A DNA stretch of 64,000 nt from Paraspadella gotoi (lineage: Eukaryota > Animalia > Chaetognatha): assembly GCA_051294375.1 (NCBI GenBank), contig CM119271.1, positions 4,181,398 to 4,245,397 on the forward strand, given 5' to 3'. A program made the translations under genes and the position numbers. Positions 54,088 to 64,000 of the stretch are shown in pieces. Every line of letters starts with the position of its first letter. Position 1 is the stretch's first letter. Under the pieces are notes generated by a model. That model was not told the DNA's origin and ran no database searches. It saw nothing but the letters and a program-made list of their open reading frames with translations.

Positions 54088-54421
54088 TTTTAAGTTACGC
54101 CGCGAGTACTCGCGGAGCAATTCTATAAGTAACTTTTTGGTCGGTCTGTCGGTCGGTCTGTCATTCAGTTGGTTCATCGGTCTGTCTGTCGATCTGTCCC
54201 ACTTACGTTAAAAATATAATTTGCAAATTGTTGATTGCTCATTTGTTAAGTTAATCCTAAAACTATAAGGAATAAAAGACGGAATTTTGATACAGTGCAT
54301 GTCATAAATATAAGGGCAAATTAATTGTTTAGTCATGTCATGTCATATTATGTGATCAAAAGGGAATACTGGAGAAAATAAAGTCACTGCGGTGCAACAA
54401 ATTGGAATCACCGTTCTTGTT
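54088..54421 (+). mobile_element. HINE-like copy 7 (internal deletion of the core)
   Basis: agttacgccgcgagtactcgcggagcaatt palindrome, (GGTC)n, and gtcactgcggtgcaacaaattggaatcaccgttcttgtt. Confidence 0.85.
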
Positions 54422-54884
54422 TTCTTTTTCTTTTTTTTCCTTTACTCCTTTCGTCCTTTATCCCGTTTCTTCTTCCTCCCTTTACTCGTTCACTTCTCCA
54501 TTCTCTTATTCCATTTCTTATTTTCCTTTTTACCTTTCCTCCTTTTCTTCCTCCTTTACCTCTCTTTCCTCCTTCCTCCATTCCATAAAGAAAGAAAAAA
54601 GGGAAAAAAGGAAAGAAAAAAATATTCGGCCGAAAAAGGTAAAAAATGATGAAAAACAGAATTCGACGGAGGAAAAATCGGAGGAAAAGAAAAGAAAAGA
54701 AAAGAAAAGAAAAGAAAGAAAAGAAAGAAAAAGAAAAGAAAAGAAAAGAAAAGAACCAAGAAAAAAAAGAAAGAGGAAAAAAAAATCGAAGAAAGATCTC
54801 TAGTAACGATCTACGACAGATAAGCTTTTCGAGTTCTGAGGGTAATCCTAAAAGGGTGAAAAATGGTGAAAGAGTATGAGCGGT

Positions 54885-54939
<55 letters not shown>

Positions 54940-56206
54940 GAGAGAGAACGAGGGAGAGAGACAGAAGAGAGAGAAGAGAGAGAAGAGAGAGAGAGAGTAG
55001 TAAGAGAGAGAGAGAGAGACGCAGCAGAGAGAGAGAGAGAGAGAGAGAAGAAAACGAGGAATCGATCTTGTGCTGTGTGAAACCGAATGTGAGAGCTTGT
55101 GGCGGGGGCGAAACCTGACGATTCTTGGCGGGGGCGGCGGCGCGGCGAGGGGGGCGGCGGCGGCGGCGGGGGCGGCGGCGGGCGGGGGCGGCGGCGACGG
55201 GCGGCGGTTGTTAAGACTGACTTTATAAAAGGCGATATGGCAAAATATCGTGACGACGTCGAAATGGAAAGGGAGACGACGAGGACAAAGACGATGACGA
55301 CGACGACGATGAACGAGGAACGATGACAAAGACGACGACGACGACGACGACGATGACGACGACGAAGAACGACGACGACAAAGACTCCGACGCAACGTGA
55401 ATGATTCACGTCACGAAAAAAATGAAGGATGAAGATCGAAACTAGAATCAGTGAAAAGAAGAAAAACGAGAAAACAAATTTGAATCTAAATATTAAAACG
55501 ATTTTGATCGCGACTACAATGACGACGATGACTGCAATAACAACAACGACGACGATGACTACCTGCATGACGATGACTACAAACCAAAACAGAGAAAAGA
55601 AAAGCGACTTCTTTCGTTTTCTTCCTTCCTTTGTTTTCTTCCTTCCTTTTGCTTTTTAATTTTTTCTTTCCTTTTTTATTCCCCGATTTTTTTTCCCGCA
55701 GAATCAGCGATTTACGAATGAGAAAATCCCACGGAGCTGAAGGTGGAAAAGAACCATCCACAATCCAGAATCAACTCCTTACTATTCACATTTGAAAATC
55801 AATTCACTATCAACATCCACAATCCACAATCCTTTACTAGTTTACTTACAATACACATTCCGCATACGACTTTTCACTGACACAATCCAAAATCAACAAT
55901 ACACAATCTACATCCATATGACGCATATCTATTTCACCATAATATCTTCGCCCGAATTTCACGTTTTACATCCTTATCCACGTTCCGTATTCCACACTCA
56001 ACAGATTCCACATTCAATAATCCACAAGACACTCGCGCCTTTGCTTTCGCCGCTTCAGTCACCAAACGATTTGGCGAAAAGAAAGACGATGCCATCAGAA
56101 AAAAAGAAAAAAGTAAAAAGGAAAAAGGTAGGAAAAAAGGAGCAGTTAATGATGGCAATAGACGGAAAAAGGGAGGTATAAGTCACAAATGCCCAGGTGC
56201 AACGGG

Positions 56207-56243
<37 letters not shown>

Positions 56244-57626
56244 NNNNNNNNNNNNNNNNNNNNNNNNNNNNNNNNNNNNNNNNNNNNNNNNNNNNNNNNN
56301 NNNNNNNNNNNNNNNNNNNNNNNNNNNNNNNNNNNNNNNNNTCCGTCGTGACAAATGTTTTTCCGTAGTTGCGTCGAAAAGTCTGCAGATGGCAGTGATT
56401 ATGACAATCTCGAACACCGCGGATCGAAGACAAAAAGAGGAGATATTAATTGTAAAACACCTGGTCTGTGATTATTTGTATCTGCGACAACAGGCCTACA
56501 CGACCGTCACCTTCTTGACTAAATCATAATCTAATCTAAATCATAATCCTTTCACAGCATATATTTATTTATTTATGAATATTTTAAAATAGTTTGTTAA
56601 GCTAGCAGCAAGATGTATGGTTAAAGTAAAGTAAAATAAAGACTACTAAAACTTTATGGGTGTGTGAGCAAGATCAAAAACATTTTAACTTTCTCTTTCT
56701 CTCAGCCTTTTCTCTTCTCTCTCTCCTTCTCTTCTCTCTCTCTCTCTCTCTCTCTTATATGGCTGGCCGTGACTGAAATACTTTGCACTAAAAGAGAACA
56801 AATATAACACGAATTTTTTTTTTCAAGCGACGGCGAATTTAATGTAAATTCGAGGTAGTTAATCGTCTACTTTTTTATCCGAGTAGGGAAGGGTAAAGCT
56901 GTAGAGGAAGGCCGGACGATCTGGTGAGGCTGAGTGGAGAAAAGCTGAAGTCTGGGGATCTTATACGGTGGAGGCGAAAGGGAGCGAAGGAGAGGAGAGA
57001 GCGAANNNNNNNNNNNNNNNNNNNNNNNNNGAGGAGGAGGAGGAGGAGGAGGAAGAAGAAGAAGAAGAAAAAAGGAAGAGAAAGATTCTGTTTTGCTTCG
57101 TTGATTTTCGCAAAAAAAAAAAGATTCGCCAAAATTAAAACCGACGTTTGGCGTCTTGTCGTCGTCGTTGTCGTCGTCGCTGTCATCGTCGTCGTTGTCG
57201 CTGTCATCGTCGTCGTTCTCTTATCCTTGATGTCGTCTTTGTCATTATGTAAATCCGTTTGTCGTTGACATCATCTTCGTCATTTCGTTTGTCATCAAAT
57301 TCTTCGTTCCCTCGTCGTCGTCTACTTCGTCGTTGCTGTCGTCGTCGTCGTCGTTTTCGTCGTCGTTTTCGTCGTCGTCGTCGATTCGAGTCTTGATTTC
57401 TTTTGACGTCGAAGGCAGAAAAGCGGAAAGCGGAAATCGGCGACGTCGTCGTCGTTGTTTTAACTGTCGTTGTTGTTGTCGTTGAAATAGTTGTCTTTTT
57501 CGAGCTTATTTTTCCGTTATGTGTTATGCGAGTAGTAAATGAAACTAATACGAATACAAAGTAAAAAACGAATATGAAATAAAGGCGACGACGATGACGA
57601 CGACACCAAAAAATAGGGGTTTCAAA

Positions 57627-57680
<54 letters not shown>

Positions 57681-58250
57681 GCGGCATCACATTTTCCTTT
57701 ACCATATTAAAACGATGTCATCTAGACTCTCTGTCACTTATCTACGACACAAATGACAATCACAGAATTAAAAAAAATTATTAATGATTAATGATTAAAA
57801 AAAGAGAATTTTTAACAATCGCGGATTTTAATATCAAAAATCGAAATTGACGAAGAAGAAGAAGAAAAAAAAGTTGGAATCCGATTTTTCGATTCTCATC
57901 GATTTTTGATTTTGGAAAATCGCATCCGACAGATGTCGCTAGGAATTGGACATTAGCCTGAGTGAGCCTCGTTCGCGTCGAACCTAATCCGTGTCTACGT
58001 TCTCTCTTTTTTTCTCTTCTTTATTTTTGTCTCTCTATCTTTCTTTCATCTCTTTCTTTCTTTCCTCAGACTGTGGAAACTTTCGTTACCGGGCTAACCC
58101 GTGTCGTTTTCTGTCTGTCTCTCTATCTGTCGCTGGTGCTTTCTCATTCTGTCGGCCTTTTCTTTCTTCATTTCTTTCTTTCTTTCTTACTATCGTTCGC
58201 TGTCTGTCTGTCTGACTGTCTTTCTGTTATTCTTTCTGGCTATCGGTTTT

Positions 58251-58282
<32 letters not shown>

Positions 58283-58446
58283 GAATAAGAAGAAATAGAA
58301 TGAATAGAGATAGAATAGTAAAGTAATAATAATAAATGAGAAGAGTAAAAAATGAGATAAAAGTAGAATAAATAAGTAATAATAAAAAAATAATAATAAT
58401 AATAATAAATGAGTAATAAATAATGAAGAGAGAATAATAAATAAAA

Positions 58447-58481
<35 letters not shown>

Positions 58482-59451
58482 TAATAATAATATAATAAAT
58501 AAAATAATGAAAAAAATCGTTGTTCGACTAATTGTCAAACATCTCTGCTAAAGTCAAGAGAAATTAATAAATATTTCAATATATTTTAAAAATATTTAAA
58601 GATAAAAACCTTAAAAAGATACTTTAGAAACTAAAGACACAGTTTTGAATAACGCCTCGTTATTGACGCGTTAAGCAATATTATTATTTACAAAAAGCAT
58701 AAGATTGATTGCCAAATATAGATTCTCAAGTTTAAAAACGAAAACCCGCTATTGCTTCGCACCAGGACATTCGGCAAACAGCCCGCTCTCTTTTTCGGCA
58801 AAAAAGGGACCCATAAGGAGCCGTGTATAGGCATTCGCAAATTTATAATGGCCTGAGGTGGGAGTGACGGAGAGAGAGGAATAAGAGAAAGATAGAAATA
58901 AAGGAAGAGAAAAAAAATCGGAGAGAGGGCGAAATAGACAAAACCATTTTATAAAATAGTTCAGAACTCTGAGATGGAAGTCAATAATTTTGAAGTAAAC
59001 CTGTTCCATGAACGGTACAGTTGCATAATTCATCTCTAACGCTCCGTCAAATAATACATGTCTTTTTATTGTTCGAATTTGAGACACGTCCAAACATCAA
59101 GGCTTCCGTACTGTGCAAGATGAAATGCTGAGAGTAAAAAAATGTTATTCACAGATTATAAAAATTATCGGGCTTAATGTTGAATTTCAACATATGGACT
59201 ATGGATTGATATCTTGGGCAGGGTTCTGCTAATGATAATTAACTTTTAAGGATAAATTGGAGTCCTTAACACGCGAACCGAAGCGAAGTCTAAATTAGAA
59301 ACAAGGAATAGTCTTTATGTTAAAACATTTATTCAATGATTGGAGAGTTTTGATACTAGCCTGGTTAATCAATTCAACCCCTGCCACTTAATCTTTCCGC
59401 GAGACTCCACTCCACGATGCCATTCAATTCTCACCTCTCTTCCCTGCTTAC

Positions 59452-59727
59452 TTTCGCACACCGTCGAGCCCGAAGAGGCTCGAACCACGTGCTTGTTGGT
59501 GAAACTTCACCAGTCGCCTCGTCTGAGGAAGGAGACAGTTCCGATGGCAACCGCAGCGTCCGCGACTCCGCAATCGACGCCCACGCAACGTTGAGGTCTA
59601 TCTCCAGAAGCTGGCGGCCAGACCTCGAAACATGAGAAAGGAGCAGGTATCGGCCAGTAGGAAAGATGGCGTTATGATGTGCAACCCCGGTCCCTCCAAG
59701 ACGCGCTGCAATGAGGCGGAGTGACGT
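59452..59727 (-). CDS. Candidate exon of an unknown protein (TSLRLIAARLGG...WFEPLRARRCAK)
   Basis: GC-rich, high-complexity island in an AT-rich background, with an open frame, AAA|gtaagc donor at 59451 and a possible ccacag acceptor. Confidence 0.35.
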
Positions 59728-60039
59728 CTGTGGCACGGGGTGGTAGGCACGAACGGGCGACGTGAGACGAAGGGAAGACGAGGATTAGACACTGGGAGGA
59801 AAGAGAGAAAAAGGTTCGTGGGAAGCAAACAAGTAGATCTGCCTAACAATAAATTATTAGGAGATAATCTGACTAATACAGATGATAAATCACAATACTG
59901 TTTTTTATATTTTTTTAAAACTCGCAAAAGTCAATTTTTTTTACTTAAGCAATCATTTTTTGAAAAATTTTTATTTTCCGCAAACGCACACGCTATAATT
60001 TTTCAAGCATCATTTTTTTCAAGAGTTTACATCATTTTT

Positions 60040-60380
60040 ACAACTCGCAGGATACATTTTTTTTACCCACTCGCACATTTTTTCAACTCGCAGTCAATTT
60101 TTTTCACGCACATAATTTTCGACTCAACATTTTTAAATTTAAAATCATTTTTACATTCGCATCATTTTTTTTACTTGCAATAATTTTTCAACTTGCATCA
60201 TTTTTCAAAACTTGCATAAATTTTTTTAAACTGCATAATTGTCTTCAACTTGCATAATTTTTTTCTACTTGCATAATTTTTTCAATCTTGCATAATTTTT
60301 TCAACTTGCATATTTTTTACGGAACTATTGCAATAATTTTTTACAAGCTTTGCAAATTTTTTTAAATTGTATCATTTTTC
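60040..60380. repeat. AT-rich ~20-bp minisatellite (tttttcaacttgcataatt)
   Basis: More than 10 degenerate units are visible. Confidence 0.85.
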
Positions 60381-61849
60381 CAAATTATATATTAATTAAT
60401 TAATTAAAAAATTATTAGTTTATCATAAATAAAGTTCAAGAAAATGTGAATTATGTTTTTCCATTTAAATCATTTCACTGGCAACAATTCCGTCAAATAC
60501 TTTATATCTAGATTCTTCACACACTTTCCTTTTCAATCTATTAATTCAGAGATTATGATTAATTGGATCGGAGTGTTTTGGAATTAATGAAGATGAACAC
60601 ATTAGGGCGAAGGGGAGTAGTGGACAAGATCGGTGGAGAGACAGAAAGAGAATTCTGAAGGTATTAGTCCTCATAATTTTTTTAATTTAACCATTTCACT
60701 ACGTCGTGTTTCCAGAGAGGTAGCAGAGAAACCGGCAACTTTGTTATCAAGCTTCGGTCCAGAGGAGCTAGGCAGGAGGAGCTGGTATGAGGGAAAGTCC
60801 TGGGGGAAGAAGAGAGATGGCGAACGGAAGAGAGAAGAGAGGAGATAAGAGCGAGAGGAGGAGAGCAGATGATGGGTAGAGGGAGTGGAGGAGTGGAAGG
60901 AGGGGAGGATAGAGGGAGAGGGGAAGGGAGGGAGGGGAAGGGAGGAGGGGAGANNNNNNNNNNNNNNNNNNNNNNNNNTCTTTTCTTTCTTCTTTCTTTC
61001 TTCTTTCATTTCTTCTTTCTTTTCTTTCTCATGCTCTCCTTTTTTTTTCTTTTCTAAATCTCCCTCTGTCACAGTGCTATGAACTAATTTATTTCTTCTC
61101 TCCTCCTCCTCCTACTCGAATCTCCTCCCCCTCCCTCCTCCTCCTCCTCCTACCCCTCCCCCCCCTCTCCATCTCCCTTTTGTCACAAAGATTTAGAGAA
61201 GGCGGAAAATATTAGAATCTCGCTCTGTCGCGGAATCACGAAAATTTCCGGCGTTCGTTGAAGGAAGACTGGTTGGTACGTCAACGACGACAGTCCACTA
61301 TGAGGACGACGAAGACGACGAAGACGACTTACGACAAAAACTACGACGAAGACGACGACGAGACGACGATGAAGACGACGATGAAGACGTGACGATGAAG
61401 ACGAATCGGCGAAAACGAAGGAGGCACCCACGGCGTGTTTGGCGATTCGCGGAGGCTCCTCAGATCTGGAGCACCATCGTGGGAGGGTCATTGGCCGGCG
61501 CTAATTGTTGTTCCGTCTGTTGAGGAGATTTTGTGATTTTGAAACTCACACCCCAGGTGGAAGTATATTTATGTGCAGGGATTTACGCGTTGATTTAAGC
61601 GGTTATAGAATAGTTTCTTAGATTTTGTCGCTCGATTAACATTCAGAATTTATTTTTTTGGTTTGGCGGCGGTTTTGGAATTTCGACCGATACTTGGATA
61701 ATTTTTAAATCGAAAATCGTCATGAGGGTAGAATGTCGTTTAATACTTGTCGCCAGTTCTCGATCAAATGGTTTTTATTAAAATAATACTCCCTCTTATA
61801 TCTCCAGAGAGGAGTTATTATGTTTCATTTTGACGGTGAGCAATTCAGA

Positions 61850-63450
61850 AAATTTGTGCCAGAATGAGATCCTAAAAATTTTGCTCGCGGTAGCGTACCG
61901 TTTTTTTATTGACGTATAAATCCGACGGGTCCTCCGACCTTAATGTTTAAGTTTCGCTCGATTATATCATCGGGTATCCCCTGAATAAGTACTGATTTTT
62001 TTATAAAGACAGAACTCTTAAATGCGAAGAGAAAAAATATAAAATTGATTACGGAGTGAAAGGAAAAATCTGAAAATATTGGATAAAATTAAATAAAAAA
62101 AATTAATTATTAAAACATTGGGACGTAGTTGTATTTAGGTAAAATAAAACTTAAATTATATAGAAACGATGAAGAAATATTTACAAGAAAATAAACCAAG
62201 CAGATTTGAGCCACTTGCACATCAAAAATCACATTGGATTTCAGTATATAATGATTTCTACCATAATTAATTTTGCGATTGTTCTGTGGCCTTAAGAAAA
62301 TCCTTTAACTATTAAGTTCATATAGTCACAGTTAATTTTACCTTTGATAATTTATTTATCCGTCAATTTAGGAATTCCTCTTACATAAGTTATAACGTGT
62401 GAAATATTTTGTATAAATTCTTAGATATTAATTGCAAAGACTAATGGTGCTCCTTTTTTCTACACTATGAAAGATGTGTGACCAAAAAATTACTTGTATT
62501 GCTCACTCTCATCTTTTTATGTTTTTATATTTATTAGAATTGTTAAATAATAACTATTACTTTATGATTTTATGGGTAAATTATTTTGTGTGTGAGAGTC
62601 TCGTAAATATTTAAAATTAATAATACTTTTAATATAATAACTAGTTTGGGATGTGTGAACGTTAGTATTCTATTTCTGAGAAAATATGAGGGTAGCATCT
62701 ACACAACTCAAGGGTTGTATACTTTCTGTTATATCTGTTATATCATTTTTATAACAGGCAAGCTATATCATATAGCCAATGTTATAACATCCTGTTGTAG
62801 TAATAGGTAATGAACAGCTATCAATATAAATGAGAAATCTACTATCAAGATTCACCACAAATATTTTTTTAAATCGACGCAGAAAAAAAATAATGAAGAC
62901 ATATATAAAACTAGAAAATCCTCCAATATATCACAATAAAGATGATCACATATTGATAGGCTTATCGACCGCGCAAAGGAAAAATACAACTATTTAACGC
63001 TACCGGTATGCGCGGTTCATGCTTCTATTGTTTTACGTTTTCCCTGCATTCTGAGTATTACTTTACTTAGTCATTAAATTCTTTCCATTGAATTCTACTA
63101 TTATAGACTTTGTGAACACCGCCCCCAAAGCTCTCAAAATATAATGATAGGCTGTACCCCTCTGCGGAGAGGAATAAAAAAAGAAAAAACATTGAACCAC
63201 TTAATCATCGCAAAAACAAACTAGCAAGCATCTAAAATACTCTCGAGATAGGTATTCTTCATATGAAACATAAGAGCATCCAGACGAAACAATAAATGAT
63301 TGATCGATGAATATTAATTTGTCGAGAGGTCAACTGCTTCTTTACGTGATTTGCGTGGTGCAGATGACTGCTCCACATCTCGTTACGATCCAAAAAAAAT
63401 GCCGGAATAATGATCTTGCGGTATCTTTTCCAAGTTTGACTCATTGTTAG
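61850..63450 (-). pseudogene. Degenerate cytochrome P450-like (CYP4-clan-like) relic
   Basis: WKRYRKIIIPAF (helix C WxxxR plus PAF) at ~63430-63395. About 1.4 kb downstream, after a ttattcag acceptor, GIPDDIIER..VGGPVGFIRQ..LILAQIF weakly resembles the heme-binding exon but lacks the Cys. Confidence 0.4.
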
Positions 63451-64000
63451 TCGTTTATACAGCGGAATTTATGTGGCAGGTCAAATTACCATAAGGGGCA
63501 CGTTTGGTTGGATTCAGCTGGGTTAACAGCGTAATTTAACGAGTCAATTACATCCGGGCCACGTTGATTGGAATCAGAAGTTGATCGGAGATTTCTTTCT
63601 CTCTTTCGTTGGTTTCGCCGTACGACCGATCGCGACGCCGACGACGCCCCGGCCGTCGACGGCCCGTCGAGACCGAAAACTTCTTCTTCGCTCGACGTGT
63701 CCCCGCCGTTCGCCCCTTACGAGACAGAATGGCCGTCGGCGCTCACACCCCACGGCATTTCGTGGTGCCGAAATCAAGCAGGCGATAACCGTCGTGACGG
63801 AAGAGGGTTACTTTAGGGTAATCGCATCAAATGAAGTAAACTTTCTTGCGCCGCGCCAAAAGAGCTCGCCGCTGTGATGTAGAGGAAGAAGTTTGATGCG
63901 TGGTTCGAGGATGAAGAAAGCGGCGGCCGGCTACAAGACCTTGATGCGAGGAACGACGAAATGGCAAATGCCATATTAGATTTGACTGATTGAATATTAC

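Noticed and set aside
54408-55568. 386-aa ORF and the many other long ORFs rich in S/L/F/R/E/K/V
   Set aside because: They are read-through of (GA)n, (GAAA)n, (GAC)n and (GGC)n microsatellites, which lack stop codons; there is no domain signal.
60550-60790. Plus-strand two-exon gene end with a 55-nt gt..ag intron
   Set aside because: The only frame that joins the two parts has an upstream in-frame TGA, and the product is not recognisable.

Overview
This is eukaryotic, invertebrate-like draft-assembly DNA: AT-rich, saturated with (GA)n, (GAAA)n and (ACG)n microsatellites, and broken by many N gaps. Almost all listed ORFs are microsatellite read-throughs. Supportable content: (1) two in-phase spliced exons of an unidentified W/Y-rich protein on the minus strand (7471-7570 and 4573-4637); (2) seven copies of a ~330-420 bp Helentron-associated (HINE/DINE-1-like) element; (3) a DIRS-type tyrosine-recombinase retrotransposon (~45.7-49.2 kb, minus) whose RT, RNase H and YR motifs are broken by indels; (4) a zinc-finger relic resembling an R2/NeSL N-terminus (~43.9-44.5 kb); (5) a structured tRNA-headed SINE-like family; (6) a MITE-like family with a degenerate TTAGGG core; (7) a degenerate cytochrome P450-like relic near the right end; (8) a large inverted duplication (12.2-17.9 kb vs 20.2-28.0 kb) whose right arm is full of insertions and is most likely a long-read gap-filling artefact. 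I cannot support a new biological system from this window. The best leads are the orphan gene, the apparent filled/empty DIRS alleles and the structured SINE/promoter module. All alignments were done by eye and boundaries are approximate.
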